A DNA stretch of 63,764 nucleotides, counting the filler, from Octopus bimaculoides (Eukaryota): NCBI RefSeq assembly GCF_001194135.2. It is 6 parts of 6 records of this genome, joined end to end, with 100 filler letters (N's around TTAATTAATTAA, not from the genome) between each part and the next. Parts side by side here need not be neighbours in the genome. Positions count along the whole stretch, not along the records: positions 24,368 to 47,195 come from NC_068993.1; positions 47,296 to 57,488 come from NW_026309475.1; 4 more parts are not named here. The stretch is one strand, 5' to 3'. Both the position numbers and the translations under genes were made by a program. This document shows positions 40,196 through 51,599 of the stretch, one piece after another. Position 1 is the stretch's first letter; every line of letters begins with the position of its first letter. The notes under the pieces were generated by a model that was given only the letters and a program-made list of their open reading frames with translations, was not told the origin of the DNA and searched no databases.

Positions 40196-40290
40196 TTATG
40201 CAGCTGAAGAGTACATTTTCTTTGTACATTATGTGGTGTTCTCACCACATGAATAAATGAAGCTTGTACGAAACGTACGTACTGCTATAA
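40196..40290 (+). ncRNA. Type I hammerhead ribozyme (right arm, CUGAAGA core)
   Basis: TTATGCAG CTGAAGA GTAC [51 nt] GTAC GAAA C GTAC G T A CTGC T ATAA; full core, G10.1:C11.1, palindromic ACGTACGT stem III; predicted cut after 40281. Confidence 0.82.
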
Positions 40291-41414
40291 CCTATTGATT
40301 TTTTGTTGCTTAACTTTAAATTTTATTCACCAAATTTCTTGATTTTGTTTTTGGTTTTTATCCTACCAAATTCTGGTGCCTCAAACATTTTAAGTACCAC
40401 ATTTAATCTTTTGATTAAATCTATATTATTACGTATATATATAGACATCTATACGACGGGCTTCTTTCAGTTTCCGTCTACCAAATCCACTCACAAGGCT
40501 TTGATCGGCCCGAGGCTATAGTAGAAGACAGTTGCCCAAGGTGCCACGCAGTGGGACTGAACCCGAAACCATGTGGTTGGTAGGCAAGCTACTTACCACA
40601 CACCCACTCCTACGAAAATTTTTCTATCTTATAGAAAAACGAAGAGACTATTATTTTTATGTTTTAGCATTGACCAAAGGAATTTGTGATTATATGTTTT
40701 CAATAATCTTCGTGATGTATCTGCATGGCTACAAAGATTTTTCATGTAATTGTGTATGTATACTTTGCAGTGGGGATTATCGAATGCAGTATTTACGAGT
40801 GAAGTAAAGTTCGGATTTGTAAAAGCCATAAATAATTTAAACCATTTCTATGAAATATTTTATTTGATTTTATAGTAAAGAACATTATGTTCTAATTTCA
40901 GTTTCCCCCAAATATCTAAATCTAGTATAATAGGTGAGTTACCATAAGGCATGCTCAATGCAAGTAATAACAAGGAAATGCCAGGAAAGCTGTACATTAA
41001 GCAACTGTGATGAAATAATGATGTAAGACAACGGAGTACATTGTTTGGAAACAGTCACTCATAAGCGAATTTACCAGCCGAGCTATACACACACTAATCT
41101 ATTCTATAATAATAGGTACACCAAAAAGATCATAAGGTTAGGAATTCAACTTTGTTTTCTTTTCCAACACGAAGAGATTAAAATAGGCAAGTATCCGATA
41201 AGTTTTAGCTGAAAATAATATATATAGTGGTAGCAGGATGCAATGCAGTTTGAACCTGCAAACCGATTACTTCTAAACAGATTATTCTATCTATTTTCTT
41301 TGTGAAAAGGGTCAAACTATTCTATTGAGATTAGTATGTTATATAATACATCAAAATGCGCATACACTGTATATAATTCTGACATTATAAACTGATAAAG
41401 AATATTCATTTCTA

Positions 41415-41610
41415 CTCAAGGGCCGAAAATTTGCGGGAGTGGGCCAGTTGATTCGATCGACCTTAGTGCGCAACTTGAACGTAATTTATCGACCCCGTGA
41501 GGATGAAACGCGAAGTCCACCTCGGCGCAATTTGAACTCAGAACCTAAAGCCAGACGAAATACCGTTAAGTATGTCGCCCGGCGTGCTAACGTTTCTGCT
41601 AGCTCGCTGC
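41415..41610 (-). mobile_element. SINE family B
   Basis: Alignment to other copies. Confidence 0.85.
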
Positions 41611-41742
41611 AGAAAAATACCTTAGAAATGAGAACCCAGGTTTGAAATTTCCCCAAGACACCTGATGAAAGCTGGAGGGTATATCAGCCGAAACGTTGTG
41701 TTAACAGCAAACAAATATCCGTCAATTTTAAATAATGTAACT
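41611..41742 (+). mobile_element. PLE-terminus-like module with minimal hammerhead (41657-41702)
   Basis: GACAC CTGATGA AA GCTG-GAGGGTATAT-CAGC C GAAA CGT T GTGTT; same module on minus strand at 45.8-45.9 kb. Confidence 0.75.
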
Positions 41743-42145
41743 AATGAAGAATCCTCTGTAACGTTTTATATTTCTAAAGGTTACTCTAGAAATTATTGTT
41801 TTAAGATATTACTTATCTTCATTTGAGTGTTGTATGACAGTGATTATTGGATAAATACATTCAAGATACTTATGGAAAATCATCTCTCGTGTTAATTTAC
41901 AAATTAAGCAAGTCACGACGATCACACCGTAAATTATATATANNNNNNNNNNNNNNNNNNNNNNNNNNNNNNNNNNNNNNNNNNNNNNNNNNNNNNNNNN
42001 NNNNNNNNNNNNNNNNNNNNNNNNNNNNNNNNNNNNNNNNNNNNNNNNNNNNNNNNNNNNNNNNNNNNNNNNNNNNNNNNNNNNNNNNNNNNNNNNNNNN
42101 NNNNNNNNNNNNNNNNNNNNNNNNNNNNNNNNNNNNNNNNNNNNN

Positions 42146-42195
<50 letters not shown>

Positions 42196-42407
42196 ATTTA
42201 TCTAAATATCTATATATGTATTTATATATGCACACGCACAAACATAGGTAGGTTGATAGATAGATATATACATACATATATACACAGATAATTATATAGA
42301 TGAAATTATATATGAATACATAAATATGTGCATCTGTATATATGCATACTCACAAATAAACAGGTATATATATAGCTTAAAGCAAACAAAATATATATAC
42401 GGTAAAC

Positions 42408-43060
42408 TCAGTCGCCCCATCAAGGTGGTTGTTGAATGTTACTACTAGTTTAACCCCAAGCAGATTCTCCGCCAACTGGTTATTGGTGAAACACTCTGCA
42501 TCCTTTATATAAAATATAGTGTTAGCAAGGGGTGAGCGAACCCCTACTATTCTCTAGTAGCTAACAGGATCGCGAGACTGACTCAGTTTTGAGCTACTTG
42601 GGTCATCTCCAGTCGCGAGTACCTGCGCACCAGAACGATAATCAGAAGTCGCTACCGCTAGCAATATATTCTAAGCAACAAGACGCCGGGCGAATCCTTA
42701 GCGGTATTTCATCTATGTTTACGTTCTGAATTTAAATTCCGCTGAAGCTGACTTTGCCTTTCATCCTTTCGGGGTCGATAAATGAAGTACCAGTTGAGTA
42801 CTGGGTCGACCCAATCAACTGACCCCTCCCCTATAATTTCGGGCCTTGTGCCTAGAGTAGAAAAGAATATATTGTAAACAAGGTGACCACTGGTCACTGA
42901 TTTGCAACAAGCAAAGTAGCTACTTATAAAATCTCCGCCCTGCTAACAATATATTGTATATGAACGGTGCTGAGTGTTCCGCCGATAACCAGCTGGCGGA
43001 AAATCTTCCTGGGGTTAAACTAGTAGTAACATTCAGCAGCCACTTTGATGTGGTGACTTG
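42408..43060. repeat. Diverged inverted repeat (about 120-bp arms) with nested SINE B (42685-42867)
   Basis: TGAATGTTACTACTAGTTTAACCCCA at about 42437 and its reverse complement at about 43010. Confidence 0.75.
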
Positions 43061-44093
43061 CTTTATTGTTTAGTATACGTTACTACACTCTCACTACTTG
43101 AGATTTTATAACTAGAATATATATAAATATATATATATACGTGTGTATGTGTATGTGTGCACATATATATGTGCATATGTATATATGTACAGATACCCGC
43201 ATATTTCTTTGTCATGATTTTCTCTAGAGACAAGTTTGCCAATCAATTTAGGAATCTAAAACCACTTAGGACAAACTAACAAACGAGATATTACTTTTGG
43301 CTGTAAATATCATTTCGACATTAAATAACCCAGCTAAAATCATTGAGTGTTGATTAAAAAAACACGACTATCATTGAAAAATATTATATTGATACATGAA
43401 ATTATTAATATTATACATTAAATTTATTATTTTTTCTACAAATAAATATGATTCATAATCTTTTATTTACTGTCAGTTATCGTGTATGAACATATCAGTT
43501 TATGCATACATCAGCATCGCTAGCGAGCCAACATCATATCAGAAAATGAATAATTACACCACTAACTATAATCCGTCAGAAGGAAGGCTGAAGCCCGTTT
43601 TAAAGCCAGAGGACCCGTTATGAAACAATGAATTCTAGTGCATATCCGCTTCAAATGCAACTAGTTTCAAAAACTTGTACGAATAAGAACTAGGAAAAGC
43701 ATGCATGTAGGATCTTTCCATGAAGAATCTTCCAAGAGGCCTGAAGAATACTACAGCAAGGCAACATTGCGTAGCAGAGTGGAACGAAAAAAAGTACTTT
43801 AAGAAACTATTTTTTATTGCGAAATCCTTAAATTTACATCTTCAGACTCCGCAGACCACTTGAAATTTTGAATAATGAGCAAAAAATCAATTTATAATAC
43901 GTTCGCCGTTCCTCATTTTATATTTTACATTCATTGTTACCAATCAATTTCTCTTTGCGAAATCCTGTAGAAAGAAGTGTGTTAAAATTTATATCTTCAG
44001 CCTCCGCGGCGCACTTAAAATTTCGAAAGTATGTGAAATAGACTTTTCGACTTTGTTTTCTTTATCATTTTCAATAATAGGTCACCGAATGTA

Positions 44094-44490
44094 CCCAGCC
44101 AGCAAAACCATATCGGGTTGATATCAAACCGATTTTGCTACCTATTCGGCCCTACATTGGAAATTGTGTCGGTTTGATTTCGGCCCGATCTCATTTTGCA
44201 ACACGGCGCAACATCAGGCCGACATATTGCCCGATGATGAGCCGATATGAATTTGAGGTTGATCCGATGGGAAACTTTGGTCTCTTAGAACGAGTTGACA
44301 TTGGTCCAATGTCATATTCACATCAAAGTGACATCGGCCCGATATGAAAATGAGGTTGGGCTGATGTATAGTTGAGAAATGTCAATATTGGCCTGAGCCG
44401 ATCTTGCCAAATGCCTAATCTGGCTCTGAAATGCATCATTTCAACATACATTAATTAAACATTTATACCAGGTCGACATCGGCCACACAT
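44094..44490 (+). mobile_element. Left end of an EnSpm/CACTA-like non-autonomous DNA transposon
   Basis: TA + CCCAGCCAGCAAAA terminus followed by many ATCGGCCCGAT-like subterminal repeats. Confidence 0.5.
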
Positions 44491-45384
44491 TATTTTCTCC
44501 AAGGCATTACGCCAGTTCTCTGGCATGAATTGTTCTGATTCCAGCCTCCCCCACCTAGCGTTTGAAGATAAAAATGTAATAATTTTCAATTTGCTGCCAA
44601 TGAGGACCACCCACTTCTAAACAGAAACAATATTAAGCATCAGTTTATATGGCATGTGTATGGGAATATATGAAAAATCATGTAGAAACTGTCAGAAAGA
44701 AATTAAAAAAAGAGCAACTCATTTTTCTTTGCAACATCATTCATTTTATAAATTATAACTTTAAAAAATGGCTGTTTACAACACAATGAAAGTAAATCAC
44801 AATATTTAAAAGTTAATAAGAATGAAGACAAAATATACTGGCCGATAAACGCTGTAAAACTAAGATATTTGATTGGTGTTCAGGTCACTTATACAGCTGT
44901 GGCTATTCGTGACAAAGTTCAACAATCATTCATAACTGCAAATGAAAATTGGTAAATAAGGAGTAATGGTATTCATAAATACATTTAGAATGTCTAGAAA
45001 TAGGAAAAACACATTAAATGTGAAAGATATCATCACTGAAATTGCATTACTTACTAACCCAGTGAATGAGTAATTTGAATGGAAGACATAGCCATGTAAT
45101 GTAAGCTATTCAGCCTATTATTTCCAGTGCATCGCTAAAATGGATAAGCTTAAAAAATTGAGGTAACCCTAAATGGGTTATCTTAATTTTCAATTTGTGC
45201 ACACCCGTGATTCATTGTCGAGAGCAGACTTGTCCAAATTTGTTTTTCTGTCCTTCTTCGGCTACCATTTCTGTCACTGGCAGTCCGAAGCCATTCTCGA
45301 CATTCTCGAGTCACTAACGTAACCTCTGCTACTGCTGTATGTTTCATATTACCTATGCTGTAAGTTGCACGCAAATATATACAC

Positions 45385-45621
45385 ATAGGCTGACAGGGGA
45401 AGAAGCGGCCCTATAAACGAATCGGGAATCTCTCACACTGGAGGTCTAATTTCGCGTATTTCCATAAACTCCGTCAATGTGAGCCGCCCAGTCGGATGGT
45501 GCCGGAATTAGCCGATGCCAGCTGATTGGGCTGCTCACACTGAAGAAGCGTACGGATATATGCGAAACTAGACTTTTAGTTTAACAGATTTTCGATACGG
45601 TTTCTCCTCTTGTCAGCCTAT
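45385..45621. repeat. Old imperfect palindrome with a decayed hammerhead in each arm
   Basis: ATAGGCTGACA..TGTCAGCCTAT ends; plus-strand core CTGAAGA A GCGTA-CGGATA-TATGC GAAA CTAG-ACTT-TTAG T T at 45540-45581. Confidence 0.75.
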
Positions 45622-45789
45622 TTGTAAACATTTGCATATTCCTACAGTACCAGATGTATTTTAATACTATTTCTAGCTACGTAGGTGTCTCAAGCTCCCT
45701 TACTAACATTAAGTGACGACTGAATTTTTCCTTTATCGTATTATATTGCGCCTAGCTTTTTACATTATAAACATATATATATATATACA

Positions 45790-45930
45790 TTATTTACATT
45801 TGACGGATATTTATCCTCATCTTGTTTCTTGTTAACACAACGTTTCGGCTGATATAACCTGCCGCCTTCATCAGGTGTCTTTGGGAAATTTCGAACCTGG
45901 GTTCTCATTCCGAAAATATTTTTCATTGTC
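45790..45930 (-). mobile_element. PLE-terminus-like module with minimal hammerhead (45879-45834)
   Basis: GACAC CTGATGA A GGC..GCC GAAA CGT T GTGTT; homologous to 41611-41742. Confidence 0.78.
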
Positions 45931-45949
45931 AATATTATTATTATTATTC

Positions 45950-46090
45950 GGGCATGTCGCGTAGTGGTTAAGAGCGCGGGCTACTAACCCCAAGATTCCA
46001 AGTTCCATTCCAGACAATGACCTGAATGATAATAGTAATAATAATAATAAGAAGAAGAACAACAACAACATCGAAAAATACTTTAGGAAT
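45950..46090 (+). mobile_element. tRNA-like head + (TAA/CAA)n + start of the hammerhead module, running into a gap
   Basis: GGGCATGTCGCGTAGTGGTTAAGAGC (A box), GTTCCATTCC (B-box-like), then CATCGAAAAATACTTTAGGAAT matching the module start. Confidence 0.6.
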
Positions 46091-46660
46091 NNNNNNNNNN
46101 NNNNNNNNNNNNNNNNNNNNNNNNNNNNNNNNNNNNNNNNNNNNNNNNNNNNNNNNNNNNNNNNNNNNNNNNNNNNNNNNNNNNNNNNNNNNNNNNNNNN
46201 NNNNNNNNNNNNNNNNNNNNNNNNNNNNNNNNNNNNNNNNNNNNNNNNNNNNNNNNNNNNNNNNNNNNNNNNNNNNNNNNNNNNNNNNNNNNNNNNNNNN
46301 NNNNNNNNNNNNNNNNNNNNNNNNNNNNNNNNNNNNNNNNNNNNNNNNNNNNNNNATATAGTAGCAGAAAGACGATTTTCCCCTAGCGCATTGGTAATAT
46401 TTGATTCCCATTTCTAATATTTTTTTTATATTTTACGCCTAATTATTTCTTTGTGTAATAGTGCTCACTTGCTTAGTAAATATTCCTTTCATTATTTTAT
46501 GACAGTCATGATCTCGCTCTTTTAAACAAATATCATGGTAGTTCAACAACAGAGGGAGTTTCAATTTGTGAAGCTTTACCTTCCTCTCAAAGCAACATAG
46601 AGATTACAATTCAGCAGTCCCTATGTAAGCTTTGCAGTGTGTGTGTGTGTATGTGAGTGA

Positions 46661-46725
<65 letters not shown>

Positions 46726-47759
46726 GGAGAGAGGGAGAGCGTTGCAAACAATGAATGAAGTAAATATGAAATAAAACAATCCTATGAATAGAAGGGCATT
46801 ACTACAGATGTATATGCCCCTGATTTTGTTACCTGATAACTTCCAGAAAAATGGATACTTTTTAACAAGATTTTCTACAAATACCGCTTAGATGTGGATT
46901 CAGAGTAAGTAGAGATTTATGGGAAGGAATCTCTTTGAGGAAATGGAGAGAGGAGTTTTGGAAAACTCACACGATCTGACTTTTCTCCTTCATAACCTTC
47001 AGTAAAATGAGTATCTTTTAGTGAAAATTTATACAAATCCCTTTCAAAAGATTATGATAAAATAAAACCTGTGGGCAAATTTTTTTCGGAGATTTTCCCC
47101 ATTTTTATAACACAGCCTTCGAGATATTGGGGTTGGTGTGGAGCATCTGTATGTGAAAAAAAGTTTTCTAAACTTTTTTTTTACAACCCCCCCCCNNNNN
47201 NNNNNNNNNNNNNNNNNNNNNNNNNNNNNNNNNNNNNNNTTAATTAATTAANNNNNNNNNNNNNNNNNNNNNNNNNNNNNNNNNNNNNNNNNNNNTACCG
47301 CCAAGCATTTCGCCCGGCGTGCTAACGTTTCTGCCAGCTCTCCGCACAGTCACTCTTGCACCTTATATATGCTCTTTCTACAAGTCTGTGACTTTGTGGA
47401 TTCAAATACACTCTTGTTACAAGTTTGCAATCGTGTAAGATTATATACACTCTCGTCGGTGAGCTTGTGGCCTTGGAAACATATATATATACATATACAC
47501 AGTTGTCAACAAGTTTGCGACCGTGTACATAGCATGAAAGAGATCAATTTTCACTAATGCTATCGATTGGATTTCTGGTCACTAACCTATATAGATTTAC
47601 TAAATAATTGATCTTTGCATAAATCAATACCTGTTGTAAATTAATTTAAGTATTTAACTTAGTAAGTGGTTGGTAGTGAAGTTACATAAATGGGGCCCCA
47701 GAACCAGTTTGCGAAGGGCAGATTTTGTGTTGTGTCGTTAAGATACAGCATTAATTTGT

Positions 47760-48170
47760 AGAATTTATTGTTGTTTGTCCCCAGTTCAGTCCTAATCCAA
47801 CCGTGGCCATCCTATCTTTTATTCAGGTATAATGTATCTAGGGTTACATTATCTCGTGTATCCTTCCTAGTTATTTTTGTTGCTTGGCCGCAGGTCATTC
47901 ATGAGCCAGCAAACCTATGATCACAAGGTGTTCCATATGTGACCATCCTGTCTTTTATTCAGACATAGTGTACCTAGGACTACATTATCTAATGCGTCCT
48001 TCTTTGTTGTTGCTGTTTAGCCCCGGGTCAGTGGATGTTTAGCCCCGGGTCAGTGGATGTTTAGCCCCTGATCCAGCAGATTTATGATCAAAGACAGATT
48101 AGTTGTAACCAACCAATGTGTTATTTAGACATAGTGTATCTAGGACTACATTAGCCAAAGTGTGTCTAGA
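47760..48170. repeat. Three diverged tandem units of about 130-150 bp
   Basis: Recurring CCATCCTGTCTTTTATTCAGACATAGTGTATCTAGGACTACATTA; includes a 22-bp perfect duplication. Confidence 0.7.
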
Positions 48171-48320
48171 AGACTAAATCAGAGTCAAGACCATTGAAAA
48201 GGTTGCAAGACACAATGAAAATTTTAGGAAAATAAAAGTAAGGAATAAGTGTAAATATTACCAGTGAGTGTGTTACATTATAAGGCACAAAAAGAAAATG
48301 ACTCTCCCCAGACACAACAG

Positions 48321-48354
<34 letters not shown>

Positions 48355-48387
48355 AGGGCATTACTATACATGAATGCCTCACGCTAT

Positions 48388-48504
48388 GAGGGACTCTAAG
48401 GTCAAACTACCATAATAAACACTAAGGGGCTGGCTTTGAGAGTTGCATTTCCTCGCGTTCGGTAAAAATGTGTTTATTATGGTAGTTTGACCGTAGAGTC
48501 CCTC
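48388..48504. repeat. 35-bp inverted repeat, 47-nt spacer, abutting a gap
   Basis: GAGGGACTCTAAGGTCAAACTACCATAATAAACAC vs reverse complement at 48470-48504, 1 mismatch. Confidence 0.9.
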
Positions 48505-49132
48505 NNNNNNNNNNNNNNNNNNNNNNNNNNNNNNNNNNNNNNNNNNNNNNNNNNNNNNNNNNNNNNNNNNNNNNNNNNNNNNNNNNNNNNNNNNNNNNNN
48601 NNNNNNNNNNNNNNNNNNNNNNNNNNNNNNNNNNNNNNNNNNNNNNNNNNNNNNNNNNNNNNNNNNNNNNNNNNNNNNNNNNNNNNNNNNNNNNNNNNNN
48701 NNNNNNNNNNNNNNNNNNNNNNNNNNNNNNNNNNNNNNNNNNNNNNNNNNNNNNNNNNNNNNNNNNNNNNNNNNNNNNNNNNNNNNNNNNNNNNNNNNNN
48801 NNNNNNNNNNNNNNNNNNNNNNNNNNNNNNNNNNNNNNNNNNNNNNNNNNNNNNNNNNNNNNNNNNNNNNNNNNNNNNNNNNNNNNNNNNNNNNNNNNNN
48901 NNNNNNNNNNNNNNNNNNNNNNNNNNNNNNNNNNNNNNNNNNNNNNNNNNNNNNNNNNNNNNNNNNNNNNNNNNNNNNNNNNNNNNNNNNNNNNNNNNNN
49001 NNNNNNNNNNNNNNNNNNNNNNNNNNNNNNNNNNNNNNNNNNNNNNNNNNNNNNNNNNNNNNNNNNNNNNNNNNNNNNNNNNNNNNNNNNNNNNNNNNNN
49101 NNNNNNNNNNNNNNNNNNNNNNNNNNNNNNNN

Positions 49133-49147
<15 letters not shown>

Positions 49148-49168
<21 letters not shown>

Positions 49169-49625
49169 CATCAATGCTGGTGCCACATATAAAGCACCTG
49201 TTCTGGTTCTATGTATAAAACATCTGTGATGGTGTCACGTATAAAGCAGCTATGTTGCTGCCATGTTAAAAGCACCCAGTATACACTACAGAGTGATTGG
49301 TGCGAGGAAAGGTATCCAGCCATAGAAAGCATGCTAAAACAGATGAATACCATGCCAGCTTGGTAAACAGAAGCTAAATGATGATGATATGCGTATGTAT
49401 GTATGTGTGTATGTTTGTGTTTTTGTCTCCTTGCGTTGACATTGTGTGCTAGTTGTAAACGAGTGTCACTGTTATACAAGCAGTGTCAATCATTTCCTAT
49501 ATTCCAAAAGAGCATGTCTGGAAACAGAGGTGAAGGTCGGTGACAGAAAGGGGTATCATCTGGCCATAGAAAAATCTTCTCCGTTAAATTCTGTCTGCAC
49601 AGAAAACAAGACATTAAAACGATGG
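49148..49625 (+). mobile_element. Two diverged RTE-tail-type repeat fragments
   Basis: GGAAAGGTATCCAGCCATAGAAA / GACAGAAAGGGGTATC motifs and GATGATGAT tail; related copies at 52085-52330 (-), 63262-63465 (-). Confidence 0.6.
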
Positions 49626-49734
49626 TAACGAAGGTAACAATGACACTAGCCAGAGACCCTTGATTAATGACCATTTAACGAGGAACCGGAAGATGTAATA
49701 CTCGAACCTCACTCGCCCAAACATCATTCTTTTA

Positions 49735-50245
49735 TTCTTTTATTCTTTTACTTGTTTCAGTCAGTTAACTGAGGCCATGCTGGAGCACCGCCTTTAGTCG
49801 AGCAAATCGACCCCCAGGACTTATTCTTTGTAAGCCTAGTACTTATTCTATCGGTCTCTTTTTGCCGAACCGCTAAGTTACGGAGACGTAAACACACCAG
49901 CATCTGTTGTCAAGCGATGGTGGGGGGGACAAACACAGACACACAAACACACACATATATATNNNNNNNNNNNNNNNNNNNNNNNNNNNNNNNNNNNNNN
50001 NNNNNNNNNNNNNNNNNNNNNNNNNNNNNNNNNNNNNNNNNNNNNNNNNNNNNNNNNNNNNNNNNNNNNTATATACATATATACGACAGGCTTCTTTCAG
50101 TTTCCGTCTACCAAATCCACTCACAAGGCTTCGGACGGCCCGAGGCTATAGTAGAAGACACTTGCTCAAGATGCCACGCAGTGGGAATGAACCCAGAACC
50201 ATGTGGTTGATAAGCAAGCTACTTACCACACAGCCACTCCTGCAC
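49735..50245 (-). mobile_element. SINE family C (gap within internal microsatellite)
   Basis: Alignment to 28 kb copy. Confidence 0.9.
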
Positions 50246-50964
50246 CTAAACATTTTCGTAAGACTTCTTAGTGCAGGCTCTGGGTGATATTGAACGCTGT
50301 CCAGGATGTCAGTGGTGTCTACATATGCCTTTACCCACAAGACCACCAAGACACCAATTGTAGCTTTTTAGAAATCATTGAGACAACTTCCTAACAGTCT
50401 TAACAACAAAATAAACTCAATAATCAGATAAATTCGATAGAAAAGCCGTCAAGAACATTTCTGAAGATAAGCTTAATCTAAGTATAAACTGTCTCCTATC
50501 TTGCAGGCAAAAATTCTATTCAATTATACTTTACGCACAGTTTTATCGACAACAGTTGTTTATATACAACATGCACACGTTCTGTTTATATGTATTTATA
50601 AATTATATTGATTAATGTTGTTAAAGTTACAAATTAGCTATTATTTAACAATCAAAACTAATTTTCAAAAAATATAAAAAAGTAAGATTATCTATTTAGA
50701 GTATGATGGAAAAGGAAAAAGATGATGATGTTATAATGATTGTAAACAAATTTTAAAATATAAATAGCTTGAAGTATACATAATGAAAAGACTGTTTTTG
50801 TTTTGCTTGTCTTGTTGTTTTGTTTTTTTGTTTGCTGGGATCTTTTTTTTTAATGTTTTGTTCATTTGTTGATTAAAAATTTAAGTCGAACTGTTGAGTC
50901 AAGTGTGAATTCATGAGGATAGTGAGTGTGTGTGTGTAGTGAGTGTGTGTGTGTAGAGAGAGAT

Positions 50965-51222
50965 ACATCATCATCATCATCATCGTCGTTTAACGTCCGC
51001 TTTCCATGCTAGCATGGGTTGGATGATTTGACTGAGGACTGGTGAAACCAGATGGCAACACCAGGCTCCAATCTGATTTGGCAGAGTTTCTACAGCTGGA
51101 TGCCCTTCCTAACACCAACCACTCTGAGAGTGTAATGGGTGCTTTTTACGTGTCACCCGCACGAAGGCCAGTCAGGCGGTACTGGCAACGGCCACCACGC
51201 TCACAGGAAATATAAAGGAAAT
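50965..51222 (-). mobile_element. RTE-related 3' end element (family D)
   Basis: (CAT)n + CGTTTAACGTCCGCTTTCCATGCTAGCATGGG..GGATGCCCTTCCTAAC. Confidence 0.85.
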
Positions 51223-51599
51223 TGGAATCGAGTGCTCAGTAGAACCGTTACAAAAAAATATGCCTCCTTGGTACAGCCAGAATTAATTAGGAAAGTATTA
51301 GAGAACTGAAAAGAATGGATAGCATGGTACTGTAGGCTGCCTACTATGCATGCAAGACTGCAGGAGCTCCAACGAAACCCTGTGATAAAGAGAAATAATG
51401 ATAATGATGATGATGGTGATGATGATAAAAATCCAGAAGATTGTAATACATAAATAATGTGGTATTTACACAGCGACAGGGCTGTTTGTTTGTCAGCTGC
51501 CATTAAAATTGGCTGCAAAAACCAGGAACCCCTATCAAGAAGATCTATTTATTATACAATCTGTAATATTTCTGAAACAACACATCCTCATTGATCTGG

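Larger units (their letters stand above)
39903..40320. repeat. Near-perfect 418-bp palindrome (205-bp arms, 8-nt loop)
   Basis: 39903-40107 vs reverse complement of 40116-40320: 9 mismatches, no indels. Confidence 0.97.
39680..40552 (-). mobile_element. SINE family C split by an insertion of about 530 bp in its internal (TA)n
   Basis: 3' half at 39680-39900, 5' half at about 40435-40552. Confidence 0.88.

Noticed and set aside
45295-45329. 35-nt micro-exon candidate SEAILDILESLT
   Set aside because: Weak donor, no context
51030-51055. CTGAGGA-CTGGT-GAAA-CCAG in family D repeats
   Set aside because: No stem II or stem I can form; CTGG/CCAG hairpin instead
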